Positions 1 to 13,251 of a stretch of DNA of 56,601 bases are shown one piece after another (position 1 is the stretch's first letter; each line of letters begins with the position of its first letter). The stretch comes from Rozella allomycis CSF55 (Eukaryota), in contig KE560757.1 in the NCBI GenBank assembly GCA_000442015.1, positions 1 to 56,601 on the forward strand. The letters are read 5' to 3'. The position numbers and the translations under genes are program-made. The notes beneath the pieces were generated by a model. The model worked only from the letters and a program-made list of their open reading frames with translations. It did not search any database and was not told where the DNA came from.

Positions 1-100
1 CCTGGATTCAAAAGTCTTAAATATTTCATATTATTAAACATTTAAAAATATAATTTTCAAATCTATTCACTTTAAATTATATTTATTGAATGCAAATGAA

Positions 101-3100
101 TTATAGTTGGTTGACATAGTCAATAGCCAATTGTTTGACATGGTTAACAGACTCTTCATTCCCGTAAACATTTTCAAAATCCAAATATTTCTTGAATAGA
201 AACTTTTTCTTTTTAACGGAAAACTTTAGCGACAAGACTCGTTCAAACAATCGCCTGGATTAAATAGAAATGAAAATGTATTACCTGACTGATTCAATGG
301 CCAAAGTAGCAGCGACAGATTTAAATGATTCTTTTGATTGCTTGACCAATTTGATTTCCATGTCAATGTAGATTGACCATAAATCCAGTCTCTTTGGATA
401 ATTAGCAAGTAAACCTTCAAAGAGAGTTCTTGCGCGTTCAATGTCGCCAAATTTGTATTCCAATTGCGCAAACTTGTTGACAACTTTAACATCTAGAATA
501 AAAGGAAACATTAAAAATTACGTTTTCTTTTATCAAGTGATTTCAATGCCTTGTTTAATAGAGAACGAGCAATTTCAATTTTATTAATTCTAATAAAGAA
601 ATTTGCAGCTTCAACAAACGCTTTACAAGAATGAGAAAACTTTTTAAGAATGACTGATTGCCAAAGATTTGTAGCTTCCTATTAATAAATCATAATAACA
701 TTATTTACAATAGTTTTATTTGTAGATTCGTAAATTTTAGCCAATTGAAGATAAACTTTTTTAGGTTCATTGAATTGAAGAGATCTTTCGATTGTCTGAT
801 TTAATGAAATTTCAGAACCAAATTTATTTTCTAGATTGATTAAAGCCATCCAAACATTGAATTTTTCTTGTTCGTTTCTAAATGAGATTGATTTTAAAGC
901 TTTTTCAGCAACATTTCTAGCCTTGTCAATTTCAGATAATTTCAAATGGAATGCCATGTATCTAACCCATGTAAATGAATCATTTGGATTTGAAGCCACT
1001 AATCTTTCAAAATCATCAAGTGTTTCTGGATCATTTTCTTGTAATAATCTCTTTTCTAACATTTCAATTGATCTTTCATTTTTATTAATCTTTTCTTTTT
1101 TATTAACAATTTCTTCTTCATCATTTGAATCAGAATCATTTTTATTTTCATTGACATCCCAATTGAATTGATAATCTAAAATTGTTTCTTCATTTGTTTC
1201 TTCTTGTTGATTAACGAAATTTCCAAAATCCATTTCTGAAATTTCCATTCTATTTTCGTCACACTCTTCATTTATTTGTTGATTATCTAGTTGTAGAGAT
1301 TCCACTTGGACATCAGAATCATCATCAAGCAATGAAAAGTTTATTCTCCTTTTATCTTTATCAATTGAAACTATTTTAGGTGAAACTTTTTCACCAACTT
1401 TGAATTTAGACAAATCAAATGCAGGAACTCTAGAAACATGACAAAGACCAGAAATAGAAGAATCTAGAATATTTAGAAATAAACCAAATTCAGTTATTTT
1501 GGTGACAATTGAAGAGATTGATTGATTAATTTCTAGAGAATCTAGAGAGATTGTTTGATTTGGATTTATTATAGATTTTTTGAGAGAACATTCTAGACCA
1601 TTTTCAGTAGAGATTATTCTAGCTAAAACTCTTTGACCAATTTTGAATTCAGATTTCCAATCAACAAGAAAAGAATCTGATAAATTTTTAATTAAAACTC
1701 TGGCTGTTAAATCTTTTGTTATTGAAATGAATAAACCAGCGTGATCATTTAATGATTTAACATAACCAACTACAAGGGATCCATTCAAAGATTCAATAGA
1801 TTGTTTGTTTTTAAAGAATGAAGAATCCAAAACCTTTTCTTCAATAATATCTTTAGGCTCAGCGTCAACTACTTTTGAAAGAATGGAAACATAAATTTTA
1901 TCCTTATCATTGGCATTGTCATTGGATGTGGAATATTCACATGGAATGATATCACCAATTGAATATTTAGTCAATGGAAATTCAACAGACGAATCAATGT
2001 CAGTGATGTGAACAATACCAAATTGTTTGTTTGGAAGTGAAACATTTAAACCAAATTCATTAATTTTGTTAACAAGACAAAATTGTTTGTTAATTTCCAA
2101 GGGATAAGCTTGATTGTCAATAATGTTGATATTTAACACAGAACCAATTTGAGCTCCACTGCAAAGATAATCTAATTTTGACATTGAAATTAAATTGCTT
2201 CTATCTAAAGCAATCCAAACCTTTTTCTTTTCTTCCTTTACCACAACCCCAACAGAGCAAGCGTTAGAGGGAGCATTGGAAGGGTTATCACTTTCTTCAC
2301 TATCTTCTACACTATCAACCCCCTCTTCAACTACATCTTCAATAATATCTTTGAGACTGCATTCAATAGTCTTGTTGTCTTCATCAATAACTTTAACTTT
2401 AAGAATCTCATCAACTTTAAACATTTTTCTTAAATTTAACACTTGACCAACTTTTAATGGTTTAATTTCTGTAATATAAATTCTACAAACTTTATCACTT
2501 TTACTACTTTCANTCAACTTTGTCAATTTGAACATTAATTTGATTTGATAGAATTTTCTTTATTCTAACATTAATTTCTTTTCCAACTAGATCAGATTTA
2601 TTAATAGATTTATTTATAGATTTGTTTATTAAATTATTCATTGATTTATTTTTAGAAATGTAAGAAACTAATCTATTGTTTAAAACATGAAAATTGTTGA
2701 TTGAAACTACTTGACCAATGGAATAAAAGTTGAATGGATTAATTTGATTATTGAAAGATTGAATTCCAATGAAAACAATTTGATTATTTAATGATTTTAT
2801 TATTCCGATCAAATAATTCTTTTTAATTAAAACTATTTCTGCCTTTTCTTCCTTTTTTGTTATTTGTAAAGTATTTGTAACATTTATTCTTGTTAAATCT
2901 AATATACTCTCCTTGTAATTTATATCCAATATTCTATAATCTTTAAATTCTTTTACATTGTAAATTCCATCATTCATTATAAACCCTGTAAATCCATTGT
3001 CACACTCCATTATATTCCCTGCATTCAACTTTTGTTTCAACCTAGCCCTAACTACATCCCCAACCAATGGAGTATTATTTGAAGTATGGTTTGAAGCAGT

Positions 3101-5422
3101 ATTGTTTGAAGTAGTATTGTTTGAAGTAGAATTACTTTCACTCTCTTTAACACTCTCTTTATCTTCTACTTTAACACTCTCAAGTAATTCACTAAGAAAT
3201 TCTTTCTCTAAATTCTTCTTTATCAATGACTTTTTACAACTCAAATAGATTTTATCTTGATCAATTTCTTTAATCAAAACATTAACAGTCTGATCTACTC
3301 TCAAATAATCTTCAATCTTATTAACAAACAAATCTGAAATTTCATTCTTCAAAATTAATCCAATTTTATTCTCATTCTTATACACAAAAGACACAAAACA
3401 TCCAAATTCTGTAATCTTTTTAACATACCCATAAACTAAACTTCCAATTTTCATACTTTTGTTTTCATTCTTTATTAATATTGGTTTCATACTAACTCTA
3501 TCCTTTTCTACAACTAAAACTTCAATTTCTTGCCCCTTTTTCATCTTTTTAAATATTTCTGAATTTTCACTTTCAAAGTCTGAAATTTGGTTTAAATCTA
3601 ATCTAAAAATAGAATCTGAAATTTCACAAATTAAATGATTCTTTTCCTTTTCTTTAATTTTAGTTTTAAACAATTGTCCAATCTTTACATCTCTTTTATT
3701 CTCATTCAACTTCAACGATGCTGCCAATTTATTATTCTTATTGGATATTATCCTACATGTAACTGTTTGTCCTATTTGCACAATCTCTTCTGCTTTCACT
3801 TTCTGAAAACTCAATTCATTGTTTGGTATCAATGCACTCAAATTATTATAAAATGAAACAAACACTCCAAATTCACAAATATTCGTTATTGTTCCATTCG
3901 TTATCATCCCTACTTTGGCATCTTCAATCGTTATTATCTTTTCATACTCACTAGACATCAACATCTTCTTATGACTCAACACTATTCTCTTCATNNNNNN
4001 NNNNNNNNNNNNNNNNNNNNNNNNNNNNNNNNNNNNNNNNNNNNNNNNNNNNNNNNNNNNNNNNNNNNNNNNNNNNNNNNNNNNNNNNNNNNNNNNNNNN
4101 ATCTTTGGACAAAACCCTTTTATTTTATCCGATATCGACACCAACACACCTTGCTCTGTTATACTCGTCACTTTCCCCTTAATCACACTCCCTACTTTAA
4201 CATCTTTCATTCTTAAATATTCTTGCTCTAAATCACTCTTCTTGAAACTAACTTGATACATTTCATCCATTTCTTCATAATTAATTATTCTTCCCTTTAC
4301 TTCTTCTCCTATTCTAAACTTTTTAAATCTCTCCAAACTATTTTCTTCACTCAAATTATTCATCTTTACAAATCCAACTTTATCTTCAAATTTAACCATC
4401 AATCCTTCTCCTCCATCAATCCTTTCAATCTTCCATTTCTGTTTCATTCCAACCTCTTCTTCCTTCATCTCAACTCTCCACTCATTCACTCCCTTGTTCA
4501 AACTAATCTGAACTCTCTTATTCTCAAAATCTACATACAATATCCTTCCAACTATTTTCTGCTTTTCCTTAACTTGTTCCTTTCCAAAATGGAAATAATT
4601 AACATATCCCTTGATCATCCCACAAATCTTCACTTGCACATTCACTTCTGTAACCTTTTCAACAACACACTCCACTCTCTGTCCAACATTCAACCACTTA
4701 AACTCTTCAACCCTCTTCATCACATTCTCCCTAAACTTCTCATCACTCAACTGCACAGTCCGCGCATTCTCACTCTCAATCACAACATCAACAATCTCTC
4801 CCAACTTGTACCTCTGCTCCCCCTTCTTCAAAAACCCAATCTTCTCATTCCCAATCTCACACATATACCCATGATCCTCCTCACTCACAACAACCCCACC
4901 ACACGCACTGCCAACTCTCATCTCACAATCACTCTGCACAACACTCGGATCCAAACTCATCTCTATCCTCTTCTTCCCGCCATTCTCAACCCCAACAACT
5001 ACACCACGCACAATCTGCCCAACCCGGAAAAAATCATGCAAATCATACTCAACCTCCACAACCCCCTCAGCTTCCTCCTCCAAATCCATCACCTCCCTAA
5101 CTACTCGATTCACATTCCTAGCATCAACAAACGCTCGCAATCCATTCGGCAACGTCAACAACATCTCCCCACTCCTAATCTCCTTGATCACACACAAACA
5201 TCTCACGCCAACACGCATATGCTACTATTTTATAAATCCAAATATTACCTTGAAATATATCAGCTCAGCCGGCTTGCTCTCCAGATCGCAACGAGGGCCC
5301 TCCACACTGCGCTTGGCCTTTTTAACAACTGATTTCGTCTCGCTCGTTTTTCGCTTCTTTTCAGCCTTCACAGGCTCTATAGGCACTATGCTAGACTTGT
5401 CTCCGCGTGGAAAGTCTACCAT
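101..5422 (-). CDS. RRP5: rRNA biogenesis protein Rrp5 (S1 repeats + C-terminal HAT/TPR repeats)
   Basis: N-terminal 'DFPRG', multiple S1 repeats, and C-terminal '[24 protein letters not shown]...[15 protein letters not shown]'. Joined through 27-30 nt GT-AG introns. Assembly gap at 3995-4100 and an N-associated frameshift at 2513. Confidence 0.95.
2596..2631 (-). repeat. Short coding tandem repeat (INKS)x3 in RRP5
   Basis: About 12-nt units encoding '[12 protein letters not shown]'. Confidence 0.6.
3070..3136 (-). repeat. Short coding tandem repeat (SNNTT-like, 12-15 nt units) in RRP5 linker
   Basis: Recurrent 'gtattgtttgaag'-like units on the + strand encoding '[22 protein letters not shown]'. 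Confidence 0.65.
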
Positions 5423-5779
5423 TTTTTACTGTGGCGTAGCTGCCATGGGTGACTTTATTGCTTTAGTCGTTAAAGAAAAGGGATATATGCAGTAAAAGGA
5501 TGTGATTTGAATTAAAAAATTAATATATGAAATAGAAACAAAAAGATGTAGACTTAAGTAGCAAAGAAAGTCATTCATGGAAATTGTAATGGAGTTTTTA
5601 TAGTTGATGGTTAAATATCAATCTAAGATAACTAATTTTCAAATATTGTCAAAAATGGTGCAATCTCTTTCTCTTGCAACTGAAAATAGGTTTCTAATTT
5701 TAGCAACTGTTCATTCAATGTTCACACATTCTATAAATCACTCTTTCATTCAACTCATTCCATTTAAATTAATTTTATA

Positions 5780-6931
5780 ATGACTAATGATAATGACCCA
5801 TTTATACACGGCGGTTTTGGATTACTCGGCAATGACGGCATAATCATCCGCTTTCTAGAATCAATCCCCATAATCGGCTGCATACTACCCATCGTTCATT
5901 TCATGTTCAGTTCCATGATGATAACCTACAGATCTCTCCTAAGATGCTCAACATTCACCATACTATCCTTTCTTTCCACACCGCAAAAGGCAATTAGCAT
6001 CTCCCTCTTCCTTTCCAGTCTAGACTTTGTTTTCATTAAGTTGTTTCACGAGTCTCCAAGACTAATTGGAACTATTAAATTAGACCAAGCAAACTGGATG
6101 CAGCAGTTCCAAGACTACCGAGTTTCAGAGATTCTCATCCCTGGTACACACCAGTCGCCCTCTTATAAGTTTAATTGGGATACGTTTCTCACAGAGAAAT
6201 TCGCTAAACACCAGGATCTTTCAATTTACGATCAGCTGCTGCAGGGAACCAGGTTTCTCGATGTTAGGCTGAAATCGGACGATGGCCAGGTCTGGACATC
6301 CCATGAATGGAGTTGCGTGCTATTTAGAACTGTATTGATGCAGATAAAGAGATTTGTACAAGAACATGATCAGGAAATAGTGTTTCTGTTTTTGAGGAGA
6401 GAGCATGCTATGGGTGGGCCAGTGAAACTAGATCTGAAGCATGTTCACGATGATATTGTATCGGTGCTGAATGATGGGTTTGCGTACAATGGAAATAAGA
6501 ACTTCAAAGATTACACTTTAAAGGCATTGGTGAACACGGGAAAGAGGGTGATTATATTAAATCAAAAAGACGTTAAAGTTGAGTGGCCAAACAGCCCATC
6601 TGTTCAAGAAGCAAAAAATGTAATGTGCAGTATCCAAAATTCATCAAGTTACATTCATGACAAATATCATTTGCTTGAATGCATAAGCACATTGAACGTT
6701 CAAAGACTAATTGGTGGAGTTACAACAGATGCTTTTAATAGATTATTTGGATATTGGATTGACAAGTCGGGGTACGGAGATCAAAGAGAAGCTTCAAAGT
6801 CAACTAACTATTATTGCATTCATGAATTAGCAAAATACGATTGTGTCAAATTTAATTTCATGACATTTGATTTTATTGATGATTCAGTTATGAATGCTAT
6901 CATGGACATTAACAAGCGACGTCTAAAGTAG
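5780..6931 (+). CDS. PI-PLC X-domain protein (PLCXD/bacterial-type PI-PLC-like) with hydrophobic N-terminus
   Basis: Motifs 'IPGTHQS', 'QDLSIYDQLLQGTRFLDVR', 'WTSH', 'IKRFVQEHDQEIVFL'. Intronless. Confidence 0.85.
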   Translation: MTNDNDPFIHGGFGLLGNDGIIIRFLESIPIIGCILPIVHFMFSSMMITYRSLLRCSTFTILSFLSTPQKAISISLFLSSLDFVFIKLFHESPRLIGTIKLDQANWMQQFQDYRVSEILIPGTHQSPSYKFNWDTFLTEKFAKHQDLSIYDQLLQGTRFLDVRLKSDDGQVWTSHEWSCVLFRTVLMQIKRFVQEHDQEIVFLFLRREHAMGGPVKLDLKHVHDDIVSVLNDGFAYNGNKNFKDYTLKALVNTGKRVIILNQKDVKVEWPNSPSVQEAKNVMCSIQNSSSYIHDKYHLLECISTLNVQRLIGGVTTDAFNRLFGYWIDKSGYGDQREASKSTNYYCIHELAKYDCVKFNFMTFDFIDDSVMNAIMDINKRRLK

Positions 6932-6982
6932 AATATTTTGGAATAAACTAAACCCATCTAATTAGTGGCTAGGCCATCAATA

Positions 6983-7474
6983 ATGTACTCTTTCCTAGTT
7001 CTTCTTTTTATCGCCGTGTATTCAGTCTCTGCCGTGTCTACCATTAATTGGAATGCTGCTATTGAATATGCCCAAAGAAATCCTCTCCAAATAGGAGGCA
7101 TTGAGAACTGCGGGAGAGGCACTGACGTTTTGGAGTTACAAGATGTCATCATTAACCCAGATCCACCTAAAGTTGGCTCTTCATTAAACATCACCGTCGT
7201 TGGGAACTTGAAAAGCGTGATTGATCAAGGAAGCTATGTCAAGGTACGTGTTAGATACGGCCTTATTACCGTTGTAGATACCAAGATTGATTTGTGTAAA
7301 GAAATAAGCGATTATCCCGAACTTCCTCAATGCCCCGTTCAGCCAGGCAGAATTGCAATATCTGAAGTGACAGACATGCCAGATGCTCCAATAGGCTTCT
7401 ACAGTGCTGATATCAGTGGATTTACTGCCTCAAACGTGCAAATATTTTGTGTGGTTTACATATTCGAGCTTTAA
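6983..7474 (+). CDS. NPC2: ML-domain lipid transfer protein (NPC2 / PG-PI transfer protein)
   Basis: Signal peptide followed by 'INPDPPKVGSSLNITVVG...YGLITVVDTKIDLC...CPV', typical of fungal ML domains. Confidence 0.88.
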   Translation: MYSFLVLLFIAVYSVSAVSTINWNAAIEYAQRNPLQIGGIENCGRGTDVLELQDVIINPDPPKVGSSLNITVVGNLKSVIDQGSYVKVRVRYGLITVVDTKIDLCKEISDYPELPQCPVQPGRIAISEVTDMPDAPIGFYSADISGFTASNVQIFCVVYIFEL

Positions 7475-7519
7475 ATAAATCCTAAAAAAAGAATCATAAA
7501 AATATATTCTATTTTTATT

Positions 7520-9132
7520 TTAATATGCTGATTTTGGCTCTTCGTCAGTTTTTAAATTCTTAAATGCGTCAATGGCTCTCTTCCTTGCCATATCATGATC
7601 AACTAAAGGTAAAGGATAACTAATTTTAAGAAATAATAGTTCCATACTTTAGTTTCTTAAATTCACTCGCACCAAGACAATCTTTAGGGCAATGTATTTG
7701 CTTTTTGTTTAAACCTTTCAATTCAGGGACCCATTTCTTAATAAACACACCGTCCGGATCATTCTTTTGGCTTTGCAGAAGTGGATTGAAAACCCTAAAA
7801 TAAGGCTGACTGTCCGTTCCTGTAGATGCTGACCATTGCCAACCTCCATTATTGCTTGCAAAATCTCCATCAATTAAATTTTCCATGAAATATTTCTCGC
7901 CTTTACGCCAATCAATCTAAAGATGATTAATATATAAAATTACTAGTAAATCTTTCGTTAAAAACATTGCCGCAATCATGCGAGATCGGTTGTGCATCCA
8001 ACCTGTTTTGTTCAGTTGTCTCATTCCAGCATCAACAATCGGATACCCTGTTTCGCCCTTGCACCATTTTTCGAATCCTTCAGGATCATCTCTCCATTTA
8101 ATATTTTTCGTTTCAAGTTTAAATGGTTGATACATGCACACGCGAGGGTAATGAAACAAAACATGACGATAAAATTCTCTCCAACAAAGTTCAGATATCC
8201 ATGTAACTGCACCTTCATTTCCCGAATCTAGTAGCCCTTTATTGGCAATCAAAGCTTCGTTTAGACATTCTCTTATTCCTAATGCACCAATAGCAAGAAA
8301 TGGAGATATCACACTTGTTCCATCAAGAGCAGGAGCGTCTCTATTCTTTTTATAATCCAAAATTTTAAATTTGGAAAATTGTTCCAACTTTTTATGCGCC
8401 GCTTCTTTCCCTGCTGCCCAAAGCCCGCGCACATAATCTGCGTCGTATTTCTTGCTGATATCAAATCCCTCAACTTTTTCGGGAATCTCGTTTTTTTCTT
8501 GGTGAATAATCAATGATTGATCAATATTTGGTTCCGGTAGAGGGATAACTTGAATTAGTGAATTCTCAGCTAAAAGAATTTTTATCCACGCTTTCTACGT
8601 TACATATTCAAATTACAGTTACCTTAAATGGTGTAAAGACGGAATATGGTTTTCCATCTTTCGTTAATACTCGACCTGGTGGCACAACACATTGATCATG
8701 CGTTATGTCAAATAGGAAACCGTTTTCTTCCAATGTTTTCTGAACTTTAAGATCGCGCTTGCTTTCATCAACTTCATATTCTTTATTTATAAAAACTGCA
8801 TTAATATTCCATTCTTTGCAATGATTTAAGATTAAGTTTGGGGTTTCTTTCACATGGTTAATTTGCTTAACTACTAGTGGAATATTAAGTTCATTTAAAC
8901 TCTCTCGTAGTTTCTTCAGATTTCTAAGAATAAAATCAACTTTAATAGGTGCAACATCATGGGATTTCCATTCCTGCGGAGATATAATGTACAAGGCAAT
9001 CACCTCGCCGTAAAGGGACGCATTACGTAAAGCAGGATTATCAGTAACTCTAAGATCAGATTTAAACCACATTAAGGCTCTTTGCGAAACTTTTTTCAAA
9101 ACCATCTCACCTTTCTCCAAGGATCTCTTCAT
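7520..9132 (-). CDS. PHR1: Class I CPD DNA photolyase
   Basis: '[14 protein letters not shown]', 'WREFYRH', '[27 protein letters not shown]', '[24 protein letters not shown]'. Three 27-28 nt introns. Confidence 0.93.
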
Positions 9133-9204
9133 GACGTCATTCCTGTGGCTTGCCAAAGGTATACAAATGGACGAACAAACTTTTCATCTGATTCATTATT
9201 GCTG

Positions 9205-10728
9205 ATGTGCAGCGACCAGTTATTCGAATTTGTTCATCCTTTATCCCAGAGGTATGCTTCAAGAGAAATGCAATCTTTGTTCTCGTACGAAAACAAAAGT
9301 ATAATTTGGAGAAAACTTTGGTACCATTTGGCAAAGGCACAGAAGACCTTAGGATTCAATATAACCGATGAACAGATTGCTGAATTGTATGAGAATATAG
9401 TAAGGTTAAAATTTCTAACATCAAAGAATAATATTGACTACCAAGATATTAAAGAAAAGGAAAAGGAATTACGACACGATGTAATGGCGCATTTAAAGTC
9501 GTATTGTGATAAATGCCCTGTAGCGGCACCGATAATCCATGTTGGTGCCACATCTTGCTTCTTAACTGATAATGCAGATTTGATTATTATGAAAAAGGCC
9601 TTGCAACTAGTGCAAGATAAAATGGTTGCTTTACTCCACCGTCTTTCAGATTTGGCACTTGAGTGGAGAGATTTAACATGCGTTGGATATACTCATTTTC
9701 AAAAAGCGCAACCAGTCACAATCGGAAAAAGATTTTGCTTGTGGCTACAAGTAATGAATTATTTAATGAAACAAAGGATATTTTCTTTGACTTTGAAGCA
9801 TTAACCTTATTAATATTAAACTTGCCTTTTCGCGGGGCGAAGGGGACAACTGGAAGCCAGGCGTCGTTCCTGGCGATGTTTGAAAACAATTATGACAAAG
9901 TGGAAGCTTTAGATAATTTGATAGCCAAAGAATTCGGATTTAGTAAAGTATTTAAGGTTTGCGGTCAAACTTATCCCAGGAAATTGGACATTGAAGTTTT
10001 AAACAGGTTGGCGTCTTTTGGATCTTCAGTGCATAAATTCTGTAACGATTTAAGATTGTTGAGCCACACAAAAGAAATCTCAGAGCCATTTCAAAGCGGC
10101 CAAGTAGGTTCCTCTGCCATGCCATACAAGGAAAATCCAATCCTTTCTGAAAGATGTTGTGGCCTTGCTAGATATTTGATAAACCTAAGCAACAATGCTT
10201 ATCAGAATAATTCTGTCCAATGGTTAGAAAGATCTCTCGATGATAGCGCAAACAGGCGACTATTAATTCCTGAAGCGTTTCTTCTTTGTGATAGCATTCT
10301 AAACATTTTGTTGAGTTTCATCCCAAATTTAGTTATTAATACTTCAGTAATTCAGAATAATCTTAAAGAACATCTTTCATTTTTCATAACTGAATTAATT
10401 ATTATTGATCTCGTCAATGTTGGTAAAGATAGGCAAGTTTCGCATGAAAAAATAAAAGATCATTCTCTTAAAATAATAAACCAAGGAAAAGATTCAAATC
10501 TTTTGCTTGAAGCGCTTCTTACTGACGAATACTTTTCTCCAGTACACGAAAAGGTTATGCATGTTTTAAAGTGTAAATTAGATTAAAAGTGGCAGCTACA
10601 ATGATATTTCTCCTTTAGTTGGGACTTGTGCAGAGCAAGTTATCTATTTTGTAAATGACATCGTTTGTCCCGTGCTCTTAACTTACAAGTTTAACAACAG
10701 CATTACAGCAGGATTCCAAGTAGCTTAA
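9205..10728 (+). CDS. ADE13: Adenylosuccinate lyase
   Basis: 'RHDVMAH', 'GYTHFQKAQPVTIGKR', 'GSSAMPYKENP', 'WLERSLDDSANRR'. Three 26-28 nt introns. Confidence 0.95.
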
Positions 10729-10757
10729 TAATAAAATCAAAAATATTAAGAAGATTC

Positions 10758-12728
10758 TTAATCATCATTTATTTCACATGTTTTAGGCAATGAAAAATCT
10801 TCCTTACCACCTGATTTCGCTTTTAGTCCTAAACCTCTTTTAGCGAATCCTGCCCAAAGCTCACAGTAATTGGAACCGCTGTAATTGTGTTCATCCGCTT
10901 GTAAAATGGCATCTCTGGCATCAACAAATGATGGGTGACAAGGCTGTAGCTTTAGACCGTCAATTACAAGTTGTAACATGATGTTATTTCCTCCTTTGCC
11001 GTTAATCCAATCTGGGTCAAATCCATGTTTATCTACAAGATTCCAGTAAACTTCCCAAAGTATAGCTGTCCAAACTTCACCCTTTGCATGTGGTTCCCAA
11101 TACCTCCATCTTCTCAGAAATCCATAACTTTCAGGATCTATTAATGATTTCAACATCTTTTTACTTTTAGACATATCTGTGGAATATGGGTATTTTCTTA
11201 TTGTTTTTCCATTAAAGACATAGCTTCCCATCAAGAAATCCTTGTCTCTTGTGTAATCACGGTGTTGGTGAAGCATCAACGCCACGAGATCACCCCAGCC
11301 TTCTCCCATTCCCGCTATTATATAACTTAGATCAATCAGTTACCACTTTCACCATAATTTAGACAGTCCACGTTACTAGGGCCACCAGTAAGTCTTATTG
11401 AGACTCCATGAAAGTACTCGTGAATGATCACTCCACTGTCTAAATCCCCATCTCTGTTGGGTTTTGTCACATCCCAAATGTACATTCTCATTCTTGGTCT
11501 TCTTCCATCAGGTGGGGTTGCAAAGTTTGCATTATCTGTACCACTTCCATCCTGTGCATTCGCGATAACTGCATCTCCACCCTTTCCTCCATTACCAAAG
11601 TTATCATCTTGAAAATTTCCCGCGCGTTCATCAAACCCATAATGATACAAAATATCATGTAGAAGATTATTCCAATAGAAAAGGTTCGTGATTGCCGCGT
11701 CAACATAGGATTTGGGCGATTTCGTAAAATTTATTGGGAAATCAAAAGTGTTATTGGCCACCTTTGGTCTATGATTGCTCTTCCATTCATGTTCACCTTC
11801 CCAGTTTTCTTGTGCCCAAACATTGTTTCCCCTGGTTTGTACAACTGAATTGATTTTTGTGGTCCAACCTTTAGGCGATGCTATTTCGTCTTCAGGATCT
11901 ACTTCAACGGTTCTTTCACCGGATAAAGGGTCTGCAATGCCGGCGGGATAAACATGATATGTCGCATATTTTACCCAATCTACTAGTCCTAATATTTCTT
12001 GCGTCGAAGAACAAACTTGCGCTCTTATCCAGTTATCTTGGATATCCAATTCAATGTCCCAAACATGACGAAGGGTATCATCACTTGTAATTATGTATCC
12101 TTCATTCACTAAAATTGGCTTCCTCCCAGAGCTGCTTGCAATATAAATGTTGTGGGAATCCGTAAAACCTAAATGCTCTTTATGTTTGTGGTCCAATTCC
12201 TCGTAAGATGTCAATAGAAACGAATCATATTGATTCATTAAACTGGAGTCGAGGTGATTCAAAAGCGTCGTCACTGATTCTAACGCTGAAACTCTTTCTT
12301 CATTTCCATGAATCTTATTTCCTTTATAAAACGACTGCCCAAAAGAGATAATCCTTCCAGATGCATCAATGTTAAGGTTGAAGTCTCCATTGCATATCTA
12401 TTCTTAAAAAAAGAGTAAATGTTACCTCTATATCTTTGTACGTTTGCTTGAGGTAAATATGTGTAATTCCATTTTGCGATGTATAATGGTCTTTCACTAT
12501 GGCCTCAAATTTATGCCTGTGCTTAGAATTCGACCTTTTTAGCCATTTATTCACAAAATCAAGACCTATTTTATAGGCTCCATTTGTTTCTTTTAGAGTC
12601 TCAGCAACGTCAAGAGTGAAAAAGCGAGGAACGTTTTGAACAATTGGCGTGAAATGAATTCTTTCACAAATCTGCTCTTTCATTAAAATGAAAGCAAAGA
12701 GAATAAGTTTAATCGAAGATATTAACAT
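10758..12728 (-). CDS. Fungalysin (M36) secreted metalloprotease
   Basis: Signal peptide, FTP propeptide, 'NANFATPPDGRRPRMRMYIW', HEXXH 'HEYFH', 'GMGEGWGD', 'LKLQPCHPSFVDARDAILQAD'. Three 27-29 nt introns. Confidence 0.93.
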
Positions 12729-12951
12729 GATTCAACGCCGGGAATTTCGTTGTTTGTTGCTATGCTGCGAAGACCACTTTGCCCAGTTGCGAAGACAAGG
12801 TCCTTTCTACACTTTTTATAACAGGATCCATTGCTTTAAATAATTTTAGAATAATAATAAACAGGAAATAGAAACTCCCAGTAAAATGCAATACAACATA
12901 AGAAAATGTTTTAGCTTTATAGTTTATAACAACATTACTACAAATTGGATG

Positions 12952-13204
12952 TCAAACTGGGAGGCCAAGAGAAACAAATGTAAAAACAGTACCTATTCCC
13001 AAGGTTACAGAAGAAAACAATGCAATTGTAATTTCTTTTAGCAAAGAACGGGAATGCCGAGTGTTAGTTACCTCGTACCTAAATAGACTATGCGAATGTA
13101 TCGTACATTAAAAAATATGACGAAAAAAGAAATCCAGCCAACAAAAATATAAAAGAAAGATATGGTGCCATAATTGTGGGTACAGGTGGATGGAACGAAG
13201 TCAT
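12952..13204 (-). CDS. OST5: Oligosaccharyltransferase small subunit OST5/TMEM258 (absent from ORF track)
   Basis: Spliced over one 28-nt intron: MTSFHPPVPTIMAPYLSFIFLLAGFLFSSYFLMYEVTNTRHSRSLLKEITIALFSSVTLGIGTVFTFVSLGLPV, matching TMEM258 'YEVTSTKYTRDIYKEL...GIYV'. Confidence 0.88.
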
Positions 13205-13251
13205 GGAGAATAGAGATTTAAGATAGGCGCAGCAACGTTATCTCAAATGAT

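Noticed and set aside
2510-2535. Apparent frameshift splitting RRP5 (possible pseudogene or programmed frameshift)
   Set aside because: Coincides with an N at 2513, so it is a scaffold-join artefact.
4253-5332. 359-aa + strand ORF rich in H/L/N/P
   Set aside because: Antisense shadow of the G-rich RRP5 coding strand, with no protein-like features.
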